Source: an uncultured cyanobacterium (GTDB lineage Bacteria > Cyanobacteriota > Cyanobacteriia > Cyanobacteriales > CAWUOF01). From it: 64,000 bases of DNA. The position numbers and the translations under genes were made by a program. A model generated the notes under the pieces. That model was not told the origin of the DNA. It made no database searches and was given only the letters and a program-made list of their open reading frames with translations. The DNA is taken from assembly GCA_963744145.1 (NCBI GenBank), contig CAVUSO010000001.1, forward strand, positions 6,368,001 through 6,432,000, given 5' to 3'. Positions 51,787 through 62,994 of the stretch are shown here, piece by piece (the first letter of the stretch is position 1; each line of letters begins with the position of its first letter).

Positions 51787-53169
51787 TTGGTGAAAATTGT
51801 GGCCCAAAATTGGTTAACGAAAAAACATAAATTTACCTACGTCCAAAACTATTTGCAATTTTCCCACCGTTGGTTTTTTGGGACACCAACTAGAGCTTTG
51901 GATGAAGCTTATAATGCAGCTTTAAAAATCAAGAATATCGAAGATCAGCATTTTAACGGTCAAAGGATTGCGCCCGAATCTACTAATTATAATGGTAACG
52001 TTTTGGCTTATTTTCAGGATGATCTGAAAAAATATTTAGCCATCATTAAGATTAAATTAGCTGAATTTAATATTAGTCGTGCGTTGTTCAGCATTACTAA
52101 CCAAATTACTCAAAGTATAAAGATTGATTTTTCTAATAATGGTAATTCCTTAGTTGGAGAAGAATCCACAGATCAAACTGCTTTAGTTTTAGAGAAACTG
52201 AAGTTAATCGATCAAGTATTAACTAACTATCAGTCAGAAAAGGTGATCACCAAAACGGATACTTTAGTATCAATTTCTCCACCTGAAACAATTTCGGTTA
52301 GTCAGATAAAAGAAATTAGTATTGGTTCGACTCCTCCGGTTATTTCTAATTCTTCTCATTATGAAAATTTAGCCGATCAGACTGGGATTTTACCCCGCTC
52401 CTTATTAACAACTATCTCGCGCTTAAAATCAGATATGAATCCGAAAAATGAAGAGCAAATTCTGAAAAATGTTCGTAGTTCTCAAGCAAAAACAACTTTT
52501 TCAATCAGATTCATTTTACTGTTGATCATCATTCCTTTATTAACTCAACAGTTGTCAGCAATTTTTGTCTTTGGACCAATAGTAGACTATTTTAAGAATA
52601 AAAATGAAGCTCAGGTTTTTCTAAATTTTCAATTACAAGAAGAAGCTTTACATGAGTTACAAGTTTTTGAAGAAAAAATCAGATTTGAGCATTTGATTGG
52701 TTTAACTCCCGAAATATCTACCGAAGAAATGGAAGTTAAAGTCAAAGAAAAAGCCACAGAGATTGCGGAAGATTATCGAGACCAAAGTGCTGATGCTTTT
52801 AAAAATATTTTCTCGGATTTATTATCATTTGTAGCGTTTGGAATCATCATCTTTACCAGTAAAAAGGAAATCGCTGTTCTCAAATCTTTTATGGATGAAA
52901 TTGTCTATGGTCTGAGCGATAGTGCTAAAGCGTTTATTATTATTTTGTTTACTGATATGTTTGTGGGATACCATTCCCCTCATGGTTGGGAGGTAATTTT
53001 AGAAGGGATTTCTAGACATTTGGGTCTTCCAGAAAATCACGCATTTAATGGTTTGTTTATTGCTACTTTTCCAGTGATTTTAGATACGGTATTTAAGTAT
53101 TGGATTTTCCGATATCTCAATCGAATTTCTCCTTCTGCTGTTGCTACTTATAAAAATATGAATGAGTAA
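51787..53169 (+). CDS. pcxA: Proton extrusion protein PcxA (CotA/CemA)
   Basis: YGLSDSAKAFIIILFTDMFVGYHSPHGWE, FIATFPVILDTVFKYWIFRYLNRISPS. Confidence 0.95.
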   Translation: MVKIVAQNWLTKKHKFTYVQNYLQFSHRWFFGTPTRALDEAYNAALKIKNIEDQHFNGQRIAPESTNYNGNVLAYFQDDLKKYLAIIKIKLAEFNISRALFSITNQITQSIKIDFSNNGNSLVGEESTDQTALVLEKLKLIDQVLTNYQSEKVITKTDTLVSISPPETISVSQIKEISIGSTPPVISNSSHYENLADQTGILPRSLLTTISRLKSDMNPKNEEQILKNVRSSQAKTTFSIRFILLLIIIPLLTQQLSAIFVFGPIVDYFKNKNEAQVFLNFQLQEEALHELQVFEEKIRFEHLIGLTPEISTEEMEVKVKEKATEIAEDYRDQSADAFKNIFSDLLSFVAFGIIIFTSKKEIAVLKSFMDEIVYGLSDSAKAFIIILFTDMFVGYHSPHGWEVILEGISRHLGLPENHAFNGLFIATFPVILDTVFKYWIFRYLNRISPSAVATYKNMNE

Positions 53170-53181
53170 TTGTTGATAAAC

Positions 53182-53772
53182 CTAAGATTTCATAATCCTG
53201 GGATAACGGGGACGACAGGGTGTACCCCAACAAACTTGACTACTAGGAATGTGGGTAAAGACACTGCTCCTTGTACCAATTACCGCATTAGCACCAATTT
53301 GGACATCTGGACCAATGAAACAATCTGCTGCTACCCAAACACCATTACCAATTAAAATTGGAGCAGTAATTAAACCAAAAGCTGGATCTTGGAGATCATG
53401 ACTACCAGTACATAGATAAGTTTTTTGGGAAATAACACAATGCTTACCGATGTGAATGCGATCGAGACTATAGAAAACCACATCATCTCCAATCCAACTG
53501 TAGTCTCCAATTTCGACTTTCCAGGGATAGGTAAAGCGAGCGGTTGGACGAATAAACACATGACGACCAATCTTTGCTCCAAAGAGACGGAGAATGGTAG
53601 ATCGAATTGCAAATAAAGGTTGGGGAGTGAGGGGAAATGCGATCGCTTGGACTAACCACCAGAGCAAAACGAACCAACCGGGACGACCACGATTAAACCA
53701 AGATTGGTCATATTTGCTTAAATTTACCCAAGATTCTGCATCTAAGTTAATCTGGTAAGAGTCGCTGTCCAA
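53182..53772 (-). CDS. WcaF/HpsU-type hexapeptide-repeat acetyltransferase
   Basis: YDQSWFNRGRP, LRLFGAKIG, YPWKVEIGD, LCTGSHD, left-handed beta-helix repeats. Confidence 0.9.
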   Translation of the reverse strand: MDSDSYQINLDAESWVNLSKYDQSWFNRGRPGWFVLLWWLVQAIAFPLTPQPLFAIRSTILRLFGAKIGRHVFIRPTARFTYPWKVEIGDYSWIGDDVVFYSLDRIHIGKHCVISQKTYLCTGSHDLQDPAFGLITAPILIGNGVWVAADCFIGPDVQIGANAVIGTRSSVFTHIPSSQVCWGTPCRPRYPRIMKS

Positions 53773-53977
53773 GTCAGGAGTCCTCTGAACATATCAACCA
53801 ATCCTATCAGTCGTCGGGTAGCAGGGAGTGGGGATCAAGTTTGAATCTAGATCCCAGACACCTAGCACCAAAAAACTGACACCTATTCCTAAATTTTACT
53901 AAGTCTGGATTAACTTATTGTACTTTTTTAGTCATAAAACGCTAGGATTCATATACATATATTAAAGTAAATCAAAT

Positions 53978-55270
53978 TTGGTTCGAGTTTGCCATTATAA
54001 GGATTTGCCTCTCTTGCCAGTTTCATTAGAATTCCCAGCAAAAATATATAAACTGGAAAATGGATTAACCGTCATTCATCAACATATTCCAGCTACACCT
54101 GTTGCGGTTGTTGATGTTTGGGTCAGAGCTGGAGCGATGCTCGAACCCCCGGAATGGTATGGGATAGCCCATTTTCTTGAACATATGATCTTCAAAGGTA
54201 CGGAAATTTTACCACCTGGTTGCTTTGATCAGGTAATTGAAAATCGTGGAGGAGTGGCTAATGCTGCAACTAGTCATGATTATGCCCATTATTTTCTGAC
54301 CACCGCAGTCAATTATCTACCCGATACCTTACCAGCTCTAGCAGAGCTGCTCTTGCACGCTGCGATCCCCGAAGATGAATTTGTCCTAGAACGAGATGTG
54401 GTAATCGAAGAAATTCACTCCTCTTATGATGATCCAGATTGGTTAGGTTTTACAGCGCTAATGGAAAGTGCTTATCAACATCATCCCTATGGAAGAACAG
54501 TGCTTGGACCAGAAGAGTTACTACTCCAGCATTCTCCAGGAATGATGCGTCGTTTTCACAGAACTTATTACCAACCGGAAAATATCACAGTCGTAATTGT
54601 TGGTGGTGTGGAAGAGGCGATCGCGTTAGATTTAGTGAATGAGTCGTTTACAGATTTTTATCCGCGAGCTGAGTGTCCACTACCCGAAGCAGAAGCAGAA
54701 CCACCAATGACGGAAATCCGTCGTCAACAGCTATGCTTACCTAGACTAGAGCAAGCACGTTTGCTCATGGCTTGGATCGGACCAGGAATTGAACATTTAC
54801 CCAGTGCTTATGGACTAGATTTGATTTCTGTCCTCCTTGCAGAAGGTCGATCTTCTCGCTTAGTTCGTCAATTACGTGAAGAAAAACAGTTAGTCCAAAG
54901 TATTAATAGCAGTTTTTCCCTCCAGCGTGATTCTAGTCTGTTTACGATTAATGTCCGGTTAGATATGCAACATTTAGAGCAGGTGGAAGCATTGATTTGC
55001 GAACATCTCCAAGACTTGCGTACCGAACTGGTCACCGAGTCAGAATTACAAAGATGTAAACACTTACTACGGAATGATTATGCTTTTTCCACCGAGACTC
55101 CCAGTCAACTAGCTGGTCTTTATGGATATTACAATACTATTGCCTCCGTCGAACTGGCGGTGATTTATCCAGAACAAATTCAGCAAATCCAACGGTCTGA
55201 TGTGCAACGGTTAGCTGGTCAGTATCTTGCTCCCGATCGCTATGCTGTCACTGTTCTCAAACCAATGTAG
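53978..55270 (+). CDS. M16 (pitrilysin-family) zinc peptidase, catalytic subunit
   Basis: GIAHFLEHMIFKGT (HxxEH), ERDVVIEE, SSRL. Confidence 0.95.
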   Translation: MVRVCHYKDLPLLPVSLEFPAKIYKLENGLTVIHQHIPATPVAVVDVWVRAGAMLEPPEWYGIAHFLEHMIFKGTEILPPGCFDQVIENRGGVANAATSHDYAHYFLTTAVNYLPDTLPALAELLLHAAIPEDEFVLERDVVIEEIHSSYDDPDWLGFTALMESAYQHHPYGRTVLGPEELLLQHSPGMMRRFHRTYYQPENITVVIVGGVEEAIALDLVNESFTDFYPRAECPLPEAEAEPPMTEIRRQQLCLPRLEQARLLMAWIGPGIEHLPSAYGLDLISVLLAEGRSSRLVRQLREEKQLVQSINSSFSLQRDSSLFTINVRLDMQHLEQVEALICEHLQDLRTELVTESELQRCKHLLRNDYAFSTETPSQLAGLYGYYNTIASVELAVIYPEQIQQIQRSDVQRLAGQYLAPDRYAVTVLKPM

Positions 55271-55332
55271 CTGATGATTCCTAATTTGGAAATTGGCAAA
55301 AGTACCAACAACAAGGATTAAAAGGATAAATT

Positions 55333-56616
55333 GTGAAGCAATCTTGGCTAACTCATGAAATTCATCGTACTGTTTTGTCTAATGGTATGGTCGTATTGAC
55401 AGCAGAAAATCCAGCTGCTGATATTATTGCAGCTCGCATTTTTATTAAAGCAGGTAGTCGCTGCGAACCTCCAGCTCAAGCTGGGATATCACACCTGTTA
55501 TCAGCATTACTGACTAAGGGTACGGACAAACTAACTTCCATGGAAATTGCGGAACAGGTAGAGTCGGTGGGAGCTAGTCTGAGTACAGATACAGCTGCTG
55601 ATTATTTTCTGGTCAGTTTAAAAACTGTTTCCGCAGATTTTCGGGAAATAATAGGGTTAGCGAAGCACTTGTTGAGAGAACCGAGTTTCCCAGAAGCAGA
55701 AATTGAGTTAGAACGTCGTCTCACGATTCAGGGAATTCGTTCGGGACAAGAACAACCTTTTGCGATCGCGTTTGATCAATTACGTTTGGCGATGTATCAA
55801 GATCATCCCTATTCTATGTCTAGTTTAGGCACAGAAACAACAGTGTCTCAAATTAGTCGTGATGATCTCCAAGCATATCATCAAACCTATTTCCGTCCGG
55901 ATAATATGATTATCAGTGTAGTCGGTCGGATTTCCCCGGAAGAAGCGATCGGGGAAATTCAGCGAGTATTTGGTGATTGGTCAGCTCCAGCACATCCTTT
56001 AATTCCTCCTTTATGTCCAGTTATTACTGTTGATCCTTGTCATGTGATTACTCCCCAAGCAACTCAGCAATCCATTGTGATGTTGGGTTATTTAAGTCCA
56101 GGAGTACATCATCCTGATTATTGTGCCCTGAAATTACTGAATACTTATTTGGGTAATGGTCTTTCTAGTCGCTTATTTGTGGAGTTAAGAGAAAAACGCG
56201 GTTTAGCTTATGAAGTTTCAGCTTTATATCCGACTCGGTTAGATCAAGCTCCTTTTATAGTTTATCTAGGTACTGCACCGGAAAATACCATGATTGCTGT
56301 GGAAGGTTTAAAAGCTGAAGTTGAGCGATTGTGTCAAGTCCAGTTGACGGAAGATGAGTTACAATCTTCACAAAATAAGCTTTTGGGACAATATGCTTTG
56401 GGTAAGCAAACTAATGCTCAAATCGCTCAGATTTTAGGTTGGTACGAAACCTTGGGTCTAGGAGTGGAATTTGATCTCAAATTTACTGAAAAAGTCTCAG
56501 CAGTAACTGCAATTGAAGCTCAACAAATCGCTTGTAAGTATTTCATTGAACCTTATATTTCTCTAGTTGGACCAGAAAACGCTGTGAATAAATTTGCAGT
56601 ACCAGTTGTTTGTTAA
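55333..56616 (+). CDS. M16 peptidase, non-catalytic partner subunit
   Basis: HLLSA replaces HxxEH; SSRLFVELREKRGLAY. Confidence 0.9.
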   Translation: MKQSWLTHEIHRTVLSNGMVVLTAENPAADIIAARIFIKAGSRCEPPAQAGISHLLSALLTKGTDKLTSMEIAEQVESVGASLSTDTAADYFLVSLKTVSADFREIIGLAKHLLREPSFPEAEIELERRLTIQGIRSGQEQPFAIAFDQLRLAMYQDHPYSMSSLGTETTVSQISRDDLQAYHQTYFRPDNMIISVVGRISPEEAIGEIQRVFGDWSAPAHPLIPPLCPVITVDPCHVITPQATQQSIVMLGYLSPGVHHPDYCALKLLNTYLGNGLSSRLFVELREKRGLAYEVSALYPTRLDQAPFIVYLGTAPENTMIAVEGLKAEVERLCQVQLTEDELQSSQNKLLGQYALGKQTNAQIAQILGWYETLGLGVEFDLKFTEKVSAVTAIEAQQIACKYFIEPYISLVGPENAVNKFAVPVVC

Positions 56617-56671
56617 GTATGCAAAACTGGGGTGGATGATGATCATGCACCCCTCAACTGGGATCATGACT

Positions 56672-57451
56672 CTAAATAAATCTGGTTAATTGGATGCGGT
56701 AGCGTTCTTTTTTAGTAATTGCCATTTCTCCTACTTCTAATCTTCCTTTCCCACGAATCGCGATTAAGTCTCCGGATTTGACCTGATAACTCGATTGAGT
56801 GATATCTTTCCAGTTGACACGGACATCACCACCAGCAATTAACTCAGACATCTTACTCCGAGACATCCCAAAACCAGCCGACGCGATCGCATCCAATCGC
56901 ATGGATGCTTCAACTGTGGTTAATTCTTTCTTTTTGGGGGGCTGAAATTTCAGTTCTGTGAGCGGAATTGCTTGGGTTTTGACGGGCACAGACCGGACTT
57001 GAGTGAGTTGTAGCTGTAAAAATTCTGCCATTTCCGGAACGACAATTGCTTGAGCTCCACGTTCACCTAAAACAATAATATCACCTGTTTTTTCACGCAC
57101 AATCCCACAACCAAGGATAGCACCCAGAAAATCTCGGTGTGTAGCAGTATCAAAGAGAAAATTTCCAGCTATTTCTAATCCAGTCAGTTCTACTTGGGAC
57201 TGTTCGAGAGGGAGTTCAGCACGAGCGATCGCGAAACGTTGTCTTTCTGCTTGTGGATATCCTCCCCAATGGATCAGTTGGATTTCGGTTAGCTTTGCAA
57301 ATACTTGGGTGACTGCTATTATTTCTATGGGTGAAAAAAAATCTGTTACTACTACCTCCCAGGTTTTGATTGCTTGATCTGCTTGGTCAATTACACGAGC
57401 TACACTGTCCCGATGTTCGATTCCTTTTAATAGTTCTTCCCTTGGTAACAT
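56672..57451 (-). CDS. Photosystem II S4-domain protein (YlmH/Sll1252 family)
   Basis: MLPREELL, GGYPQAER, HRDFLGA, ASMRLDAIASAGF, IRGKGR. Confidence 0.9.
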   Translation of the reverse strand: MLPREELLKGIEHRDSVARVIDQADQAIKTWEVVVTDFFSPIEIIAVTQVFAKLTEIQLIHWGGYPQAERQRFAIARAELPLEQSQVELTGLEIAGNFLFDTATHRDFLGAILGCGIVREKTGDIIVLGERGAQAIVVPEMAEFLQLQLTQVRSVPVKTQAIPLTELKFQPPKKKELTTVEASMRLDAIASAGFGMSRSKMSELIAGGDVRVNWKDITQSSYQVKSGDLIAIRGKGRLEVGEMAITKKERYRIQLTRFI

Positions 57452-57674
57452 GATTTAAATAATTTAAAAATCCACTTATATAATTGTAATTCTAGTGATA
57501 CCAATTTTTGATGAGGTTGCATAGATATAGATATCCCCAACCCCCTGAAAAAGCATTCGAGCAGAAAACCTCTCCCCCAACCCCTCTCCTAAGACCTTAC
57601 CTACAAATAATTATTGGCTCATTTGTTTAGCAAATTTATATTTAAATGTGTCAAGTATTTTAACTTGATTTGCC

Positions 57675-57785
57675 TCAATCATCATCCCACCAACTCGGTA
57701 AACCGTTATTTCTTACATAGTCTCGGTTCAATCCTATTTGGGATAGTTTAGTGTAGAGAGAAGATATGGTAAGCTTTTTTGTCAT
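57675..57785 (-). pseudogene. Truncated duplicate of the ImmA/IrrE gene 5' end
   Basis: 57679-57813 matches 63719-63853 with one mismatch; stop after WWDDD. Confidence 0.9.
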
Positions 57786-57813
57786 TGTCTTATCCTCGTT
57801 TATATGAAAATTG

Positions 57814-58672
57814 GGCGTTGCTGAATTATAGGATGATGAGTAGAAAAAGCTATAACTGACAAAGTACATAATTTCTATGGTTTAAATCAAACTTTGGAAC
57901 ATCTCCAAATTTTAGGTAGTAAATTACTAATCGAATTGAATATCTCAGCATTTGTTCAGATTTAGAATAACATAGTGTTTGGCGGTGCAAACGCGCCAAG
58001 TAATGTCTTAATCTACTATTTTCATTCTCAACTCTGATCATGTAAGTTTTACTAATAATTTGATCGCCATCAGGAATAAAATTAGGGTAGTACGGGCGTA
58101 TTGCTCTTGCGCCCCTACCATCCATCTGTAATATAAAAATAGCATTGCCATTGCTGCACAAATTCCCATAGTGGAGCAAAAGTTTTGGCACTATGATCCC
58201 CGAGAACCCAACCTAAAATACCTGGTTTAAAGTGATTTACTGCCGTCCATAACCAGATTTTGTTTTTTTTTGAGCCGACAAAGGTTTCTAATTCATCTAA
58301 TTCTCCCACCTCTGGAACTGTCTCTTGGTGTTCAAAATCTGATCACTGGTTGCCGATTTGTTTAATCCAATACATAATGGTGGTATGGTGAACATTTTTA
58401 ACTCTTTCAATTGCTCGTAAAGCCATCCCATTTACATACATTTTTAGACATTCATTTTTGACAGTTTCAGAATAGCCTTTATAGGGTTTATAATCCTCGA
58501 TAAATTGTCGGCCACAGGTTTTACAAAAATAGTTCTGTTTGCCTCGTTTATGACCATTTTTATTAATATGAGTTGATTGACAGTTAGGACATGACCTGCT
58601 CTTATAGTGTTGATAAGCGTTCTTTTTTTATTATTCACATTCTATCCTATCATCCCCTAATTCAGCAACGCC
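57814..58672 (-). mobile_element. IS1-family element, decayed
   Basis: TIRs GGCGTTGCTGAATTA..GGATGAT at both ends; InsA zinc finger CPNCQS...CKTCGRQF; InsB ELDELETFVG, TDGW, RLRHYLARL; in-frame stop and REP insertion; no TSD. Confidence 0.9.
58090..58118 (-). repeat. GTAG-type REP hairpin inserted in the IS1 transposase
   Basis: GTAGGGGCGCAAGAGCAATACGCCCGTAC lies between the TDGW and YPNFIPDG codons and breaks the frame. Confidence 0.75.
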
Positions 58673-58999
58673 GAACAACGACTATGTTAAGAAGTGCGAA
58701 AAAATATGGATTTCAAACGTTCTCAAAAACTTACTCATATCATAAATCAAATTTCAGTATATTTACTGAGATAATTATTATAATTATTGGTGATATTTTC
58801 TGTTGACATAAGATAATTTATAAGATATAATCTCTAACCTTTACTTTATGTACTTATTATACCAATTCTTGCCATTCTGACTACATACAGCGGATTCGGT
58901 GGTTGATGAAGTACAGTAAGATTTGGCATGAATGGTGTGGGACAGGCATGTTGCCTGTCAGAGATTGTGAGTGATCTGTGTTGGTTGGGCAGGTTTATG

Positions 59000-60553
59000 A
59001 GTGGGACAGGAATACTTGGACCAGATGATCGGACAGAACTAATTGATGGGGATATTATTTTTATGGCACCAATGGGTACTCGTCATGCAAGTTGCATTGG
59101 TCGCTTGCTAGAAATTTTCTTTCAAGGTTTGGGTAAACTTGTTTCAATCTTGTCACAAACCCCAGTCAGACTAAACGGAGGTTTGGAGCCACAACCAGAT
59201 CTATCAATTCTGAAACGCCGCGAGGTGGTAGGGCTGGGATTATTGAACTTTGGATCGTAGATATCAGGGCTGAATTGGTTGAGGTTGATCGCAACCCATC
59301 TATTAATGGGTATGAAAGTATCCAACAATTCAGACGCGGTGAACGTATCTCACCCCTTGTCTTTCCAGATTTATACCAATTCTTGCAACTTTGACTACAG
59401 ATAGTGTAGAGTATAATTTGAGTAGAGTTGAAGGAAAAATATGGCAGGAGTTTATCACCTAGACATTAAGGAAAGTGAAGCCGAGCTGAAGAAATTGCTC
59501 GCAGTGGAAAAAACTGGTCCAGGAAAAGAACGATTACAAGCATTATATCTACTCAAGATAAACAAAGCTAAAACAGTCACAGAAGTTGCTGAAATCTTGG
59601 GCAGAAATCGAGTTACCGTTCAAGATTGGTTAGCCAAATACCGTCAAGGAGGATTGGCCAAATATCTGGGGAAAAAAGTGGGTACAGGACCGACCGAGAA
59701 AAATTCCTGACTGGGCGGTAAAAAGTTTAGAAAAACGACTAAATGAAGAGGAAGGATTTAATAGTTATGGGGAAATTTGTCAATGGCTATCATCCACCCT
59801 TGGGATAGAAGCTAAATATAAAACCGTTCATCAATTAGTGCATTATAAACTAAAAGCCTCACCAAAAATCGCCAGGCCGAAAAGTACAGAACAGTCAAAA
59901 AAAAAGTTAGATAATTTTAGAAATCACTTGGCGGAGGACTTAGCTATGCTGAGTTGGTTTGCCATAACAGTAATGAGTTTAGGAGATAAAGTCAGATTTT
60001 TATGTCAAGATGAAACACGGATCGGCATGAAAACGATTAGTGGGAGAAAAATTACCATTCGTGGGGTAAAACCAATTGGTAAAGTGCAATGGAAATTTCA
60101 AGCGACTTATATTTATGGCGTAGTAGAGCCAAAGACAGGGGAACATTTCTTTTACGAGTTTACTCATCTCAATAGTCAATGCTTTCAGATATTTTTAGAC
60201 TTAGTAGCCGCGCATTTTTCGGATAGTATTTTGATCATTCAGTTAGACAATGGTGGTTTTCATAAAGCTAAAAAGTTGGTAATTCCTAAAAACGTTATTT
60301 TAATGTTTCAACCATCCCATTGTCCTGAATCAAATCCAATCGAACAGGTATGGCAGTATCTCAAAAAGGGATTGAGATGGGAATTACCAAGAAACTTAGA
60401 TGAATTAAGACTTTTAATTAGTAAAGAACTAGAAAAGATGAATTCAAAAGTAATTGCCTCAATTACGGGACGAGCCTATATATTAGAGGCACTATCTGTA
60501 GTCGGCATTTAGAGAATTGGTATTAGTAATTAGTGTTGATGAGATTTTATAAG
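59000..60553 (+). pseudogene. Decayed Uma2 gene (second subfamily), 3' end interrupted by IS630
   Basis: GILGPDDRTELIDGDIIFMAPMGTRHA...EPQPDLSIL, internal deletion, ...FPDL | VISVDEIL* resumes at 60524; 5' end replaced by the composite repeat. Confidence 0.8.
59374..60523 (+). mobile_element. IS630-family element; transposase 59441-60512 with a +1 frameshift near 59690
   Basis: TIR TACCAATTCT...GACTACAGATAG at both ends, TA target; HTH region, CQDETR, QLDNGGFH, PESNPIEQVW (DDE). A solo TIR-like copy is at about 58860. Confidence 0.9.
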
Positions 60554-60653
60554 TAAATTCTAGATTGCATAAAGAAACTTCAAAGCTTCCTATCGCGCAA
60601 AACCTTACTGAATAAAGCTTCTATATTTAAGATTGCGGAAACTAGCTTGTAAA

Positions 60654-61070
60654 TTAAAAGTTTCTTAACCTAGCCAGTTCTGCTTCAACATCATACATCG
60701 ACAATAGTTTGTCAAAATGTTCGTTTATATCTCTTTTTAGAGTATAAATAGTTTCTACACGATAATGGATACTAGAACAACTATCATAATTTTCTAATAA
60801 ACTGGATTCTTTTACACTTACTAAGTCCCAGTCATCATTATAATATTCATTAAGAATATCAACTATACTTTTCTTTTTCTTAGCATACTCAGTAAATTGC
60901 CAACCTAAATCATGTTTATAATATATTTTTTTTTGGTTGAAATATTTTTCAGGTTTAAAAGAAGTTCTGTTTAAAAAATTATTAAAATTATTTTTATCAC
61001 AGATAATATCATATATGTGTTCAATTTTCATATACTCGATTAGATTAGCCATAGAAGTCATTTTTAACAT
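60654..61070 (-). CDS. Hypothetical protein, very AT-rich
   Basis: 138-aa ORF; ILNEYYNDDWDLVSV weakly resembles a DUF4177-like motif. Confidence 0.5.
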   Translation of the reverse strand: MLKMTSMANLIEYMKIEHIYDIICDKNNFNNFLNRTSFKPEKYFNQKKIYYKHDLGWQFTEYAKKKKSIVDILNEYYNDDWDLVSVKESSLLENYDSCSSIHYRVETIYTLKRDINEHFDKLLSMYDVEAELARLRNF

Positions 61071-61335
61071 TCCAAAATTTTTAAGGATAGAATATCATTA
61101 ACGTAACAAAAATTAATCTTTTTATTTATTCTATAAATAATAGTCAGTCATTCAAGTCCCCCGCAGCGAATTAGACAGGAATATCTAAATTTCTTCACCC
61201 AGCCTAGAAAAAATCTGCATTTCGTCTAGCATACCATTTAAACGACGCAAATACGTTAAATTTTCCGGCTATTCGATCACTAGGTCGTGGGATGTTGTGC
61301 CAGTTTTCCCCTGTTAATTAAATTTTGATGGGATT

Positions 61336-61387
61336 GCGTTCACGTAGTATACCGTAGGTAATCGCGTAGTGTACCGTAGGTAATCGC
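61336..61387. repeat. Small dispersed repeat (SDR5-like) splitting a HIP1-like site, partly duplicated
   Basis: GCG[TTCACGTAGTATACCGTAGGTA]ATCGC; copies at 62205-62234 and 62929-62957. Confidence 0.7.
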
Positions 61388-61579
61388 GTGGTCGTTGTCC
61401 AGTGTTCCGATTTAGCTCGCGATCGCTGTTGGTACTGTGATCTGATATCCGTTCATTCTCTAATGAGAAAATATTCAGTTATTGGATAGTTTACAAGTAT
61501 AAATCAACCGGATGTAAAGCTTGAAAGTGTTATCTATAAATAATTACAGCGATCGAATCCGGTTGATTAATTTTGTTAT

Positions 61580-62165
61580 CTATAAGTCCTCAAAAATTGC
61601 ATCGACACTGATCACTATGTCCGGAAATGAAAGAGGACGAGATACTTTCCCCATGTCCAAATTGTTGGATACTTTCATAACCATTAGCACTAGGAGTGCG
61701 ATAAACCTCAACTAATTGGGCTTCTATATCTACGATCCAAAGTTCAATAACTCCAGCTTTCCCATAACGCACAGACTTAACATTACGATCATCGTCAATC
61801 GTAGTAACTGATACTTCTATTAATAAATATGCGTCTTGGGTTTGGGGATGGGATTTTATATAATCATCACCACGAGGTTTCAAGATTGATATATCTGGTT
61901 GTGGTTCTAATCTTCCGTTTAGTCTAACTGGGGTTTGGGCATTGATAAAAATCCGATCGCCTAAAGCCTTAAAGAACATTTTCAGCAAACGACCAATATA
62001 CCCTGCATGACGACTACCCATTGCTGCCATATAAATTATATCCCCATCGATTAGTTCTGTCTTACCATCCCCTAGCATCCCCAACTCACTCAGCTGGTAA
62101 TATTCCTCTACCGTGAATTGCTTTCTTGTTGGTTTTGTTGCTACTGCGATCATCTTTCTCACCAT
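61580..62165 (-). pseudogene. Uma2-family endonuclease (second subfamily), +1 frameshift near 61638
   Basis: Paralog of 62299-62889; removing one base restores PLSFPDIVISVDAIFEDL*. Confidence 0.8.
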
Positions 62166-62298
62166 CCCATTGACTGAATAGCTCGGATAATTCTCATTCT
62201 AATTGCGTTCACGTAGTGTACCGTAGGTAATCGCGTGGTCGTTGTCCAGTGTCTAGCTTTTGGCCGTGATCGTTGTTGGCGCTGTGATCTGATGTCTG

Positions 62299-62889
62299 TT
62301 ATCTATTAGTCCATAAAATCTCATCAACACTGATTACTAGGTCTGGAAATGAAAGAGGTGAGATAGTTTCACCAGGTCTGAATTGTTGAATACTTTCATA
62401 ACCATTAGCTCCGGGTTGGCGATACACCTCAACTAATTGTGCTTCTATGTCTACGATCCAAAGTTCAATAATCCCAGCTCTCGCATAGAGGACTGACTTA
62501 ACATTACGGTCATATTCAACCGTAGTAACCGCTACTTCAATTAGTAAATATATGTCTTGGGGTTGGGGGAGCAGATCCTCGTAACAATCATCACGCGGTT
62601 TCAAAATTGATAGATCCGGTTCCGGTGCAAATTGTCCATTTAGTCTAACTGGGGTTTGTGATGTGATTAAAGCATGATCGCCTAAAGCTTTAAAGAAAAT
62701 TTTCAGTAAACGCGGAATACAACCCGCATGACGACTACCCATCGGTGCCATATAAATAATATCCCCATCAATTAGTTCCGTTCGTTCATCAGGTCCAATT
62801 ATCCCGATTTCACCCAGCTTGTAATATTCCTCTACAGTAAATTTCTTTCTTGCTGGTTTTGTTGCTACTGCGATCATCTTTCTCACCAT
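62299..62889 (-). CDS. Uma2-family endonuclease (second subfamily)
   Basis: FTVEEYYKL, TELIDG, PEPDL, LLIEVA, YARAGIIELWIVD. Confidence 0.9.
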   Translation of the reverse strand: MVRKMIAVATKPARKKFTVEEYYKLGEIGIIGPDERTELIDGDIIYMAPMGSRHAGCIPRLLKIFFKALGDHALITSQTPVRLNGQFAPEPDLSILKPRDDCYEDLLPQPQDIYLLIEVAVTTVEYDRNVKSVLYARAGIIELWIVDIEAQLVEVYRQPGANGYESIQQFRPGETISPLSFPDLVISVDEILWTNR

Positions 62890-62994
62890 CCCATTAACTG
62901 AATAGCTCGGATAATTCTCATTCTAATTGCGTTCACTAGCGTGTACCGTAGGTAATCATATCATTATCCAAACAGTAAAATGACCCTGACAAGA

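Noticed and set aside
59441..59710. Programmed frameshift in the IS630 transposase
   Set aside because: Protein similarity places the shift at an extra C near 59690 (GRPRKIPDW is restored by removing it), not at a slippery run, so mutation or sequencing error is more likely.
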